DNA of 63,996 nt, the filler included, from Rhizaria sp. SCN 62-66 (lineage: Eukaryota): assembly GCA_001724265.1 (NCBI GenBank). It is 3 parts of 3 records of this genome, joined end to end, with 100 filler letters (N's around TTAATTAATTAA, not from the genome) between each part and the next. Parts side by side here need not be neighbours in the genome. Positions count along the whole stretch, not along the records: positions 24,886 to 49,620 come from MEDY01000417.1; 2 more parts are not named here. One strand, written 5' to 3'. The notes under the pieces were generated by a model. That model worked only from the letters and a program-made list of their open reading frames with translations, ran no database searches and had not been told where the DNA came from. Below are positions 37,477 to 49,720 of this stretch, piece by piece. A program made the translations under genes and the position numbers. Numbering within the stretch: the first letter of the stretch is position 1; each line of letters begins with the position of its first letter.

Positions 37477-40216
37477 ATGGCGTCCAACTGCGCGTTAGAG
37501 CGCGCGCTGAAGAATCCGTTGGAGGTTCTCCACGAGCACGTCGGCTCGCTACCTGCCCACGTCCTGCGCGAGACCTCCAATGACTGGGGCATCCCTGAGC
37601 TCTTTCAAGCTGCGTTTACACCCGCGATTTTGAGCCGTATTCCGTCGCTGAACCTCGGCAGCAGCAACGCGGTGCACCACCGCCTCATCCGCTTCCGCGG
37701 CATGGTCCAGGTCCGTTGCCCTTTCACCTCACTAAACACGCGCTCTGATACCATATATCCCAACGGATCAACTTCAAACTGTATAGAGATATTTCAATAT
37801 GCGTGTTATATGTTTCATGTGAGTTCTGTGTTAACATGTATCTATTTGTCTGTTTTGCGTCCGATAATAGGACTCGTTCGAGGCCGAGTACTTCCCCGGT
37901 TCCTACGACGAAGTCGACGAGGCCTCCGGCACCCGCACTCCTCGCTGCGCGCGCTACCACGACGATCCCGCGCTGCCACTTGGCCGCCGCGCCGAACCGC
38001 ACCTCGGTTTGTCCTCGCGCCGGCTATTCCATCTCGTCTCCGTGCCCGGCGAGGCGTCGTGGCTGGCTGCGCTGCTCGAGAAGCAACTCCGGTCAAGCGC
38101 CCCCACGCCCGCAACCACGGTCACCGCCGCCGTTGCCGCCGCCACAGGCGCTGTCAACAGCGCGAGCACGAGCCGCAAGCGCACCGCGGCTGACGGTGCC
38201 ACTCCTGCTGGTGATAGCAACAACAGCGCTGCCGCCGCCGCCGTAACTGCTGCGGCGGCTGCAACTGCCACTACTCCCGTTGCTAAACTCGGCCTTGCCC
38301 CTGCTACCGCGACTGCAATTGCGATGGCGGGGGCTGGGGCTGAGCACGGTGACGGCGATGGCGAGGGTTTGCTTGCTGCGCGTGGCCCCGCCTGCGTGGC
38401 AGCGTTCTACGGCGGCGAGTCATTCCGTCTCGGCGAGGTTATCGAAGTTGTCGCCGTTGCCGCGATTGACGCGTTTGACGCGTTCCCGATGCACCAGTTG
38501 CAGCATAACCACGGCCGCGGTAACGCCGCTAAGCCTATGGGCGACGATGACGCCGACGACAACAACTGCAGCTCTTCCAACAACAACGGCAACAAGAAGA
38601 ATAAGCGTCGCGCCTGCGGTAACACTACTAAGTGCTCCGACAACGATCACGACGACGACGACGGCATTGATGCCAAAGAGGAAGAGGGGGAGTGTGGCGA
38701 GTTCATCGCGAGCTACGGCAGTGTTCTCAGCGGTGGCATGTCTTGCGAAGACGAGGACGGCGTTTACGCTGCCGCCGCGCGCGGACCGCTGAGGCTGCAC
38801 GTCCTGGCGTGGCGCACAGTCGCCCCCGGCGCCGGCCTCATCCCCCCGCCCACCCCCGCCACAGACTCTGACTCTGCCTCCGCCTCTAGTGCGAGTGCCA
38901 ACAACAAGAGTAAGATGAACAGTGATGGCAACTGCGACGATGGTGAAGAGGATAGTCAGGCAACGAAAAGCTGTGACGTGTCTGTGCGCACCTGTGACGG
39001 CGGCGCCGCCTTTGCCGCGGCGCACGCGAGACTCCTCGCCCGCCCGCTCACTATGGGGGCCACTGCTGACTCGGTAGCAGCAACGAATCCGACCGTGAGC
39101 CCCGCGACTGGGTTCGACGCCATGCGGTCGGCGCTGCTCACGGTCATTTCCCCTCTGCTGGGCGGCGACGCGCTGGCCTCAGAGGTGCTGTTGCTGGCCC
39201 TGTTGTCACGCGTGACTGCGAGGGTCGATGAACGCGTTCTCGGCCGGTTTAACCTCGCGCTTTCTGACTTAGACCGCGCTACAGTCACTCACTGTAACAA
39301 CCGCACGCACTCTAACGCGGCGACTGCGACTGCAGCTGCAGCCGCGCCTGGTAGCACTAACGACGCGAGTGCGAATGCTGTTGCTGTGAATGTGGCTGGT
39401 TTAGTCCGCGCGCTTGCGCCGCGCGCCGTGTTCCGCTCTGTGACGATCGACTCCCTCAACGCGCGCCGCTGGGGCCCTGTTAAAGACGAAGCGCGCGGCG
39501 TGCTTTCGATTGCGCCGCTTCAGCTGGCCCGCGGGGAGACCGTCGTCGTGTTGGATGAGACGGCACTCGGGCCTGGCCAGCTCGCTGACACTGGCGTGCG
39601 CAACCTCCAGCTGCTGTCGCGGCTTGCCAAGGAGGCCGTGGTCGAGTACGAGTTTCCGTACACCGACGGACTGCGTTTTCCCGTCGACGCAAGTCTGCTG
39701 GTGCTGGCGCGGAAGCGGCCGCTGCTGCCGTACGATGTAAGGGTGCCCTTAGCACCCGTCGCGCAGGCCGCGGCGCTGCCCGAGTGGGTGGCGCGCGCCG
39801 CGGCGGTGTCTGCGGGGGTGAGGAAGCAAGGCCAGGCAATGAGCGACGGCGGGAACAAAGAACAGCAGCCAGGGACTGATGTGGCGGCGGCGGATGGTGC
39901 GGAGGAAGAGCAGGAGGGGGAAGACCGGCTGTGGCAGTTGCGCGAATACCTCCAGCTCTGCCGCCACACGGCCACGGCGTTTGACGAAGAGGCCTCCGAG
40001 CGCGCGCTGGCGGACATGGTGGCACGCATGCAGCGCGACGGCGCCGGGGGCCGCGACGAGGAGAGGCTGCACTTGCTCATGACGCTGGCCCGGCTTATCG
40101 CGGCCTCACATGGAGAGGTTAAGATCTCTGAGCAGCGGTGGCGCCGCGCGACGGAGATGCTGGACGCGATTGTTGCGCGCGACGAGAACGCGGCGACGGC
40201 GGCTGCGGCGGTTTGA
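37477..40216 (+). CDS. MCMBP: Mini-chromosome maintenance complex-binding protein
   Basis: Exons 37477-37710 and 37871-40216. IPSLN...LIRFRGMVQ|DSFEAEYF, LGGDALASEVLLLALLSRV, LQLARGETVVVLDET, GVRNLQLL, YEFPY, LHLLMTLARLIAASHG. Stop TGA. Confidence 0.9.
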
Positions 40217-41260
40217 GGGCGAAGTGGCTCGTTGTGTGTTGGGGGAAACAAGTACTTGAAGTGAAGGGGCCAGGGTTTGCGGGACTGCTTTTGGGAGCAG
40301 TACCCGTTACTTACGAAGTTAACCTCGTGATTTAATACATAACTAGTGCTCAACTACTACGAACCGACGTTCATTTTTGAAAATATTTTGATTTTAATGC
40401 GTTAACGATTGTTTTATTCAAGAGATCCCATGGACCGAAAAAAAGAGCCCCAGAAGCGGCAGAGCAAGCGACGAGTCCGACAACCGGCCAACCGGGATTG
40501 GGGCTGCGAGATGGCGCGAAATTTGCGTGAGTTCCTGCCGAGTCTTGATCGACGACCCACAATTCTAGCAGAAATTTCACACGAACCGTGCTGAATTTAT
40601 CTGTTTCTCTTTAAATTCTGTCCCTGAACTTCGCTCCTTGGCGGTTTATGGCAGCTCTTCGTTTCCCCAGCACGCCCGTCCACGCTTCTCCGCTGTTATC
40701 TGGCCTTACTCCCTCGGGTCGCCGGTACGTCTCACTCCTATATTACACTACCGCGGTCTATAGTTGTCTCACTCTATTATGTTACTGATCCGCGCGTAGG
40801 GGCGCTGCTTGCGCTTTTTTCGCTGCCGCATCGCTACCTTTCTCAAGGCCAACGTCGCCTTTCTCCGCACTGCTTGTCTCTTCCCCCGACCACCCATACG
40901 GTACCATCCTGAAACGCATGCATACTTCCCACACCCCTCGCTGTCTCCCACCTCTCTGTCTCACCCCTGTCCACCTCTATCCTCCACTTGCCCTTGCTTC
41001 CGCTCCTGTATTGCCCGCCGCCACAGCCAGGACCACTTCTGACTGCCCGGCCTCTCTCGTGCGCCGACTTAAAGACCGCTCGCCCGCTCGCTTGTTCGTT
41101 GTTCCCTTTGTCGGTGTGCACGCGCGCTCTCAAAGCGCCCCTCTGCTACCTGCCTCGTCAGCGCCCTATATAAGTTCGCAACTGCACCTCAGCTCTCTCT
41201 CAACCCGTCGCAGTCCTTGTGTTTGATTCCGCCACCACAAACGGCTTTGTGACTACACCA

Positions 41261-42388
41261 ATGTCTAACGCGTCTTTCGGCAACGGCGGCAAGCTCGTCA
41301 ACAAGCCCTCCTTTATCGAGGCCCTGGGTGTCCGTTTTCTCATCATGGACGCCCCTACCGACTCCGTTCTCCCCGCGTATCTTGAGGTCCTCCGCAAGCG
41401 CCACGTTTCCGTCGTCTGCCGTGCGTGTGAGCCGACGTATTCGACGCAAATGCTCGAGCGCGCTGGCATCCGCGTCGTCGACCTGCCGTTCCCGGACGGC
41501 GACGCGCCGCCACCCGCTGTCATCGCGACCTGGCTGTCCATCCTGCGCAAGGTGTTCCCTGACCTCTACAGTACCGGGCCCGGCGGGGCGAGTGCTCACA
41601 CCAACACAGGCGCCGGCGCAGGAAGCACGCATAACGCTGCCGCTACGAGTGGCACTGGCGCGGGCGCTGCTGCTGGACCTGTGGGCTCCCCTGTCTCAGA
41701 GAGTCACGGTCTGAACACCGCCGGCTCCGGCTCGGGTTCTGGCGCTGGCGCTGGCGCTGGCGCTGGCGCTGCGGGAGGCACGACTGCTCACAGCCACGGC
41801 CACGGTCACGGCCACTCGGGCAACACACAGTCACTCAACTCCGCCTCTGCCTCCGCCTCCGCGACTGCGGGTGGGAATGCGAACGCGAACGCGAACGTGA
41901 ACGCGAACGGCGCTGCTGGCGGGGGACTGCACGGCGAGCTTGACCCGAGCCGCAGTCACAGTCAGGGCTCAGCGCACCCCCACAGCGACAATCACACCGC
42001 GAGCGACGCTGCTGCTGCATCTACCGCTGCTCTTGTCGCGGCCTCCGGCACTGGTGCTGGCGCTGGCGCTACTGGGAACAACAACAACTCGTCGCTCTCA
42101 ACCCCCGCAGTCGCGAGCAGTGGCAGCGCAGTCACAGCGGTCTCTGGCAGCAACAGCGGCGGCAGCAACAAGGCCACCATCGCCGTGCACTGCGTCGCCG
42201 GCCTTGGCCGCGCCCCCGTGCTTGTCGCAATCGCGCTCATCGAGGCCGGAATGGCGCCGCATGACGCCATCACGCTTGTGCGAACGAAACGGCGCGGCGC
42301 GCTGAATAGCAAGCAGTTGCGGTTTCTGACCAAGGTTTATAAGCCGCGGCGCGCGGAGGCTGCGGGTGGGTGCTGTACGATCATGTAA
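41261..42388 (+). CDS. PTP4A: PRL-type prenylated protein tyrosine phosphatase (PTP4A family) with ~200-aa low-complexity insertion
   Basis: [26 protein letters not shown], catalytic [33 protein letters not shown]-terminal CaaX CCTIM; stop TAA. Confidence 0.93.
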   Translation: MSNASFGNGGKLVNKPSFIEALGVRFLIMDAPTDSVLPAYLEVLRKRHVSVVCRACEPTYSTQMLERAGIRVVDLPFPDGDAPPPAVIATWLSILRKVFPDLYSTGPGGASAHTNTGAGAGSTHNAAATSGTGAGAAAGPVGSPVSESHGLNTAGSGSGSGAGAGAGAGAAGGTTAHSHGHGHGHSGNTQSLNSASASASATAGGNANANANVNANGAAGGGLHGELDPSRSHSQGSAHPHSDNHTASDAAAASTAALVAASGTGAGAGATGNNNNSSLSTPAVASSGSAVTAVSGSNSGGSNKATIAVHCVAGLGRAPVLVAIALIEAGMAPHDAITLVRTKRRGALNSKQLRFLTKVYKPRRAEAAGGCCTIM

Positions 42389-43246
42389 GGCTGCTGTTGT
42401 TGAACTGTGCCACACTGTGACTAAAACTGAGCAAAAGCACGATTGGTCAAGCAATATGCACTCTATTAAACGTTTTTGATCCGCGTGTGGCCGTCAACGT
42501 GTCATCATCGCCCAGTGGTTTCTCTGTGCTTTGTTCCAAGTTGGTTTGCTTTGGCTTTAATACGTTTATTAGCTTTGAAAGCGACTTGCTTTATGGTGTT
42601 GCAGTTGGAGCTGTGGTTGTGAGTCTGTTGCTGTTCTGCGCTTGGTGTTGTTTGTGTGTTATTTCTACCTATACCTTTTCTGTGTTTTATGTTGCTTTTC
42701 TGTCCTTGAAGGTCTCTGTTACACGTTTTCAACCTCTGAGCAGCTTGAGGCCTATCACTCTTTTTTTTTACATCATAACGCTTACGTAGTCTTTTTACCT
42801 CGAAATAATATGTCAATAAACCGAATTGTCCATTTTGTCTTACACTACATCATATTCACGTTTTACCGTGACTAACGCGTATTTAGCACGGAATCTGCTT
42901 GCTTTTCAATTATGTTTCCATCGTGCGTTGACTTGCCAAGCCGTTGTGGCGCAAAAGCGGGGCTACGTGACTGGACAAGTCTCGAGCAGTTCGGCTCTCG
43001 CGGTTCTTTCGCAGAAGCACAACTTCTCAGAATGTTCGTAAATACACATGTTGGTAAAATATAATACTGAAATCACACTTAAATTTGATATTTATTTTTA
43101 ATTTTCCTACTCACAGGCCAGGTTATCGCCCGGTACTACCCGAAAGACATCTCCGCTCGGTGTCTGGTGACGCCACCTTGCCCGCCGCTTCCCCGCTCTG
43201 GCCCTCCCCCCGCGCGCGCCGCCCGTGCGCTGTTCCTTGCATCGCT

Positions 43247-45783
43247 ATGCTGCAGCCTTCGCACCAGTCTAGCGCGACGGTGATCAAGTTCCAGGCGCTC
43301 GTCTTCTTCCTCACCTGGTGCTCATATGCGTCGAGTAACCTCATCCGCAAGCCGTTGTCCGTCTCGAAAGCCTCGATGGGTGCAGAGCTCCACCTCTCCA
43401 TCTCCCAACTTGGTCTGCTCGATACGGCGTCACTGCTGCCTTACGCCGTCTTCCAGATTTACGCGGGCGCTCTTGGCGACAAGTACGGCGCTCGCCTAGT
43501 TCTCGCCGCAGGGTTAACCCTCTGCTCTCTCTCCACGATGGCGATTGGCACAATGACATCGTTGTCAAGCATCATCGCCGTCCTCGTCCTCTGTGGCATC
43601 GGCCAGGCGCTCTGCTGGCCCGCCTGCGCCAAGGCTCTCTCCCCGTGGTTCTCCAACGAGACGCGCAACACTGTGTTCGGACTCTGGGGCACGTGCCAGG
43701 CTGCCGGCGGCTTGCTCGGCACGGTCTTCGCGTCCCACCTGCTCGAGTCTGCAGGCTGGCGCTCGTCCTTCTTCCTGCCCTCGGTGCTCGTCATGGCCAT
43801 TGCGTGCGCCAACTACATGTTGCTGTTGACGCCCTCCGAGGTCGGTCTGCGTGCCCCGAACGCCACCGCTGCGTTAGCGCAGATGAAAGAAGAGTTTGAC
43901 CACCGCAATAAGGCCGCGCTCGCTGCCTTGTCGCGGTCTAACGCGCGCAATAGCACCAACGCGCGACTGCGGAGCAGCGCCGCCGCCGCAGGTAAAGCGG
44001 GGTTTTGCGGCGGGAGTGACGTCACGCTTGACGTGGAGATGCTAGAAATGACCCCTATTAGCAGCAATCATAACAACAACAGTCACGGCAAACTCAACAA
44101 GGGCCCTATTTTTCATTACGATGCTGATCACAGTAACATTGACAACAATGACAGCATCAACGGCGATGAAAACTATGGCAACGACGCGAGTCACCATGGG
44201 TACGGCGATGAAACGGACGCTGATGTGACTGAAAGTGAGACCCGCGGTCTCGTCCCGCTCACCCTCACTCCCTCACGCAAGGCCACCGCTGCGAATAACA
44301 GCAATAACAACGTTGTGTTGGCTGTGGGCACCGAGACGATTGGTATCGCGCGTCGCCGCTCGATCACCAAAGCAAACAGCCACGACAGCAACGAGTACGG
44401 CTATGTCCACGAAGATGACTACGATGACTTCGACGTCAGCTCCACCTCTAGCTCTAGCTCGAGTAGCGGCGCGACTGCGGCGGCTGTGCTTGTGAACGCA
44501 GTAAGCACCGGCAATGAGCGCCCCCGGCCCCGGAGTGCTGGCCACATCGGCTCCAGCGTCAGCGCTCAGAACAAAGGCTTTTTGTCTCGCACCAACACGT
44601 TGACGAACACGAACTGTAGTCACAACCTCAGCATTAATCACAACACCAGCGGTAAGCTTGGCCTTGACATTGCTGGTGCGAATGGCCCCATCTCGGCCAA
44701 TAACCTCCTTTCTGGCCACCATAACTCGCACGCAAGCAGTCCTGTTGCTAACACCAACGGTAACACCGTTACCGCTAGCACGAGCGCCATGACCGGCAAC
44801 GCCACGTGCGAAGCCGTGGTCGCCGGCGCCGCAAACGTAACTCTCTTGGACGCACTGCGCATTCCGACAATGCCGCACGTAACACTCTGTTTTCTCGTGC
44901 TGAAACTCTCGCGGTATGTGTTCATCCTCTGGCTGCCGATGTATTTCGCATCTCTTGGGTACACTGTGCGGATTGCTGGTTTCCTCGCCACTGCGTTTGA
45001 GATTGGCAACGCGCTGGGCACGGCGCTCAATGGACTCGTGATCAACCGATACTTCGGCGGTCGCAAGGTACGCATGGTGGCCGTCACGACGGCGATGCTT
45101 GTGTTCTGGCTCGTTGTGTTCATTGCAGTCACGAGTTCCGGACGCGTGAGTCTCTTTTCAGCTTACTGTTCTGCACTCGTTATCTTCGCCGCCGGGGTCT
45201 GCGAATCTGGCTTTGTCATCTCAGGCCCTATTGCAGCCGAGTTGGGTGAGTACGGAGGCCGCAACGCGCAGGCAGCGCTTGCGGGCATTATCAACGGGCT
45301 CGGTGGGCTCGGCGCCGTCGTCCAAGGACCTCTTGTCGGTACGTATAAAACCGCTATGATAACAAAACGTTGATCAGTGTTTACTTCATTCTTGAGTTTG
45401 TGTTTGGTTTATCTTGATTTGTTCGTTGTTGTTGCAGTGCTCAGCGAACTTATTTCTCGAGCTCATCGTGTTTTGTGACAACGTGTTGATTGTATGTTGC
45501 TTTTTCTTGCTTTTTCTGAACAGGGCTTGTGGTGGACGCGTGGGGCTGGAACGGTGTGTTTTACGCGGTCGCCGGCGTCTGCGCATTGGGTGTGGCCGTT
45601 CTCGTGCCCGCGATCGCAATGGAAGAGGAAATGATGTCGGCACGTGAAAACATCAGCAACGGCACCGTAAGCTCCGCCACTAGTGTGGGCAATAACATTG
45701 GTAACCGCGGTGTTGCTGTTGTTGCCGACTGTGAGAGTGTCGGTGTGAGTGCTAGTGCCAATGATAGAGTCAGTGTTGCTTGA
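43247..45783 (+). CDS. MFS organophosphate:phosphate antiporter family transporter (SLC37/GlpT-like) with a very long central loop
   Basis: Exons 43247-45338 and 45524-45783. YASSNLIRKPLSVSK, GALGDKYGAR, WPACAKALSPWF...RNTVFGLWGT, KLSRYVFILWLPMY, GIINGLGGLG. Stop TGA. Confidence 0.88.
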
Positions 45784-47008
45784 ACGCGGCGGCAATCGAA
45801 GAAAAATCATACCTAAAGCAAGACTGACTGGCTGATAAATGTAGCTCAAGTCAGCTGTGTGTTGGTTTCGAAGCTCTTGTTTGTGTCCTTCGTGTGGCAC
45901 TGCTTCGAAGTTGTCGATGCAATTTCTAAGTGTATTTGCCGTTTCACTTTTTTATGTTCATGCCTTGTTACAGTTTCACGATGCAGGATAAGTTTAAAAC
46001 AATATATTTATACAAATCTTCGATAAATAGTTTATTTATTTCCGAATTTGTACTTTCTTCTCGTGGACTAATTAGTTGATTGACGTATATTGCGATGGCA
46101 TTGGACAGATACGTTCGTATGTGTATTATTTTTGAAAGAGGAACTGACAGCAGTATTGCAAACAGCTAACGTTGTAGCATGCGGAGAAAGCTGTGGTGAA
46201 GCTGCAAAAACGGCATTCTTTTTTGGGAGAACTGTCTGCGAAACAGTGCAGCAGCGGTCAAGAAGAAGCAACGAGTTGCAATAGGCGAGAAAGGAGTGAC
46301 AGTGCGATTACTGTCGAAAATGAAAATGAAGGATAAATGCGGGAAAAAAATAGCGCTAAACAAAGACGGGCGAGTATACCCGGAAACCATCACCGTACAG
46401 AGGCGTACCATCAAAAACTTGAAATGTGAAACTACAACTAGCTATAAGCAGCAGTTGCAAACAAGAAATCAACAAAAGTCGACTCTGCGACGCTAGGATG
46501 TGGCTTGAGCCACAAGATCTTAAAACATATTTTTTGTGTGAATTACTTTTTTTTTCGACTCATTAGAACAAATGTGCGCAGCTACACATTCTAAAAACAC
46601 CAAAGACAAAAGCGCTAGTGTGATAACGCAAACCCTACCAGCACGTTCACAGTTGCAATGGTGCGACTGCAACACAACGAAGGACGAGTGGAACAAAAAC
46701 ACGAAAATCTGAACAGTATCTGAATCTGTCAGAACAGTATAGTCAGTGCAGAAAACGAAGTGTTAACAAAAAAACGCAATCAAAAGCAAAATCACGTTCT
46801 CTTAAAGAAAATACGTCTGATTGTCGGTACTGATGGGCTTCCATTGCTTACGCCCGAGCGGCCGATGGCGCCGTCGTGTCGGTGACCCACTAAGGGTCCG
46901 ACGCACGCTGCCGGCCTCCGCGACGGGCGCACAGGCCGCCATGGCAGCCGCCGCGCTCGCCGAGGACGCGCCCGCTGCGGCCGCGGCACCTTCCTCCCTC
47001 TCACTGTC

Positions 47009-48496
47009 TTAATCGTTGTTGTTGTCGCTAATCTTCAGGGCCGCAATACCCTCGACCAGCGCCTTCTTATCCAGCGCCTTATCCTCCTCCTCATCCTCAT
47101 CCTCATCCTCTTTATCCTTTTTATTATTCAGGTCCTTGACAACGCGCTCCGCAGATTCTTCGACCAAGGAAGGCTTGGGAAGTGCGGAGATTGCGCCAGT
47201 CTTGTTGATGCTTATCGAAATGTCGTAGAGGGAGGACATCTTCTTGTAGTCGCCCTCGAATGTAAGCGCAATCACAGCACCGCGCGACTCTGTACGATCA
47301 TGGCTAACAGCGCACTTGGAGTGGAACATGCACTACAGAGCCGGGTCCACTTCCACTGACTCCGGGTTAGTGTTATTGTTCATTTCAGGGGTGTTCGGCA
47401 CTGCAAGAGGCCACAAGTACGTCGAAACAACGGAGTGGGATGTTTTCCCGAGGTTGAGCAGAGCGCGCCCAGCCTTGTTTGTCGTGCGCGACAGCTACCT
47501 GTTACCGACCTCGGGGATTTTGCGGTACACTCCCAGGAACGAAGCTACAAAGCACGAGCAGAGACAAAGGATCTCGTAGCATGAAATGAGGTAGTATGCG
47601 CGTGCCATGTGGCGCGTAGCCTTCTCCGTGGGATTATTGGCAGGTTGGGCAACCCCGTCCTTATCGACGAAGTAGTAGCCGTCTCCCTCGGTGACGATGT
47701 TTGCAGCGTCGCGAGCACTGTTGCTGTAGTCAAACATGTTGCTATTGGTTTTTTCGACTCGCTTGATGGCGATTGTCTCCTCCATAGCTATCGTCTCGTC
47801 CCCACCGCTCAGATTTGTTCCGAAGGAGGCCCAGCGCTTGTGACAGAGCTCGCATAGCGCAACGAACGCCTTCTGGATCAATTTTGCAGGGGCAAGACAA
47901 AGCACAACAAAGCCATACTTCTAGCGTTCCGTGTCGGCTTCGTCAGTTATGTGTTCCTCTTGGTCAGTTTTGTGTTCCTTGCTGATTTTACGCAGCTTCC
48001 ACAGGTACTTAAACTTATTGTCGCCTTCGCTGTACACCTGCGTCGTTACGCGTTCGCTATCTTCCACCTCAGATTCGTTGTAGTTATACTTGAGGCACGC
48101 AAAACGGCGACCAGAGAGGTACATGATTGCACAGACGACATTCTGGCAATGCTGGGCAGCAACACCGTTGCTATGGTCTCCGGCCTTTGCGTATGCTATG
48201 AACTGGTGCAAAATATTCGTGGCGTTCTCGATCGAGGTGCGCACGTTGAAGCGACGAAGAGGAGAGAAATAGCGCGTACTGTCAAGCTTATAAAGCGTCT
48301 CAGGTGTAGAGAGATCACAACCACTACCCTTAAACATCTTGGCTTCCACGATCTTCGTGGGGGAGGTACAAAGCTGTCCGTGCGTAGCGTTGTCCTGCCT
48401 ACCTATAGCGTCGTTCTGCACACGAACTGCAAACTTCGGGTTAGGGTCTTTCTTAGGCGTGGGCACAGTTTTGCTCTTCGCCGATGACGAGGACAT
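47009..48496 (-). CDS. Protelomerase (telomere resolvase)-like tyrosine recombinase with three in-frame TAG codons; intact gene under a variant code, or a pseudogene
   Basis: Track ORFs 47921-48496, 47495-47905 and 47009-47329 share one frame, separated by TAG at 47921, 47495 and 47333. Ordered motifs LSGRR, KYLWKLRK, VLCLAPAKLI, RHMARAYY and LGK-x8-Y. Intronless. Confidence 0.6.
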
Positions 48497-49620
48497 ACCG
48501 TGCCGGGTCTCTTACAGCGGACAATCGAGGGGTGTCGGGTGACCTGTCTGCGTTGTGATCTTAACGAGTTTGGCGCTGTTGAACGAAAAAAGAAGCAAAA
48601 ATATGACAATGGTGCGTGAAACAAAAGTGAAGAGTTGAAATGACGCGTGATAGCGTCTTTGTACAGTCTTAATTACATATCTCGCCGCGAAACTGGTGTG
48701 AAAAGAAAGTTAGTGGTGAGAGGTTGAATGCACAATGCCAAGCTCGTTGCAGTTATCTTGTACTACACCGTGAAGTGATAGTGTATCGCATAAAACGCAC
48801 GGAATCTACATGCAAGTACAATGTGTGTGATGGATGTCACTCTTTTTCTTTCATTCTAATGTGTTCTCACGTGACAAGAGGAAAGTCAAGAAGCGATCCT
48901 TGGGCAATCTCCATCGTTTGAAGGCTCTTATTCTCGCCACCAAACCCAGGCGTAGAAAACGACAAACGATGTTGTCACATTTGAAAATGAATCTAAACAA
49001 CGATGTTCTTTTGTTGCAATGATGAGAAATCCTGCTTCACTGATCCAATATGCCGGAATGCGATAGGTTTGGAAGGTGATGGTGACCTCCATAATGACGG
49101 CTTAGCTTTCACATCGCGAAAAACAGAAAACCACGTGATCAGTCTAAGTGCTGTGGTGCTCACAGTCAGTTTTTTCTTCGCTTTGTGGTGAGATTGATAA
49201 AACAAGTTCCTCAGCACCGTAGACATAATCAGCTACTGCAAAAGCAAAATATAATCCATCAATTGACAAAGTATGTAATACTACACATTACAATATTGTT
49301 TTTAGAAGACGCTTTGATAATCAACTACTAAAGCTAATTTATCATTCGGGCTATCCTCAAACTCGAAGATATTTGCCAGTAAGCATTAGCACTCAACAAC
49401 AGTTTCGAAACGCAGTTGTTTAGCTTGATCATTCGGTTTCTTTCTATGATACAGCCTGCGTATGTGCGTGCGCAAAGCTTTCTTCAGCTGGGCCAATGTC
49501 CAATGTCCAATGCGAAGTACAGTACCCCTGATGTAGAGGTTTATGGAAAACGCAAAAACGCGCCTGGAAGGGGCAGTTTGAAATAGCCATACAACTTTGT
49601 CAAACTTCCGTCAAATAAAA

Positions 49621-49720
49621 NNNNNNNNNNNNNNNNNNNNNNNNNNNNNNNNNNNNNNNNNNNNTTAATTAATTAANNNNNNNNNNNNNNNNNNNNNNNN
49701 NNNNNNNNNNNNNNNNNNNN
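49621..49720. other. Artificial contig spacer (N-run with TTAATTAATTAA)
   Basis: 100-nt N block containing an all-frame stop linker. Confidence 0.99.

Noticed and set aside
46000-49620. Palindromic target site for the protelomerase-like gene
   Set aside because: Only short hairpins and direct repeats were seen by eye; no long perfect palindrome, terminal inverted repeats or viral hallmark genes in the flanks.
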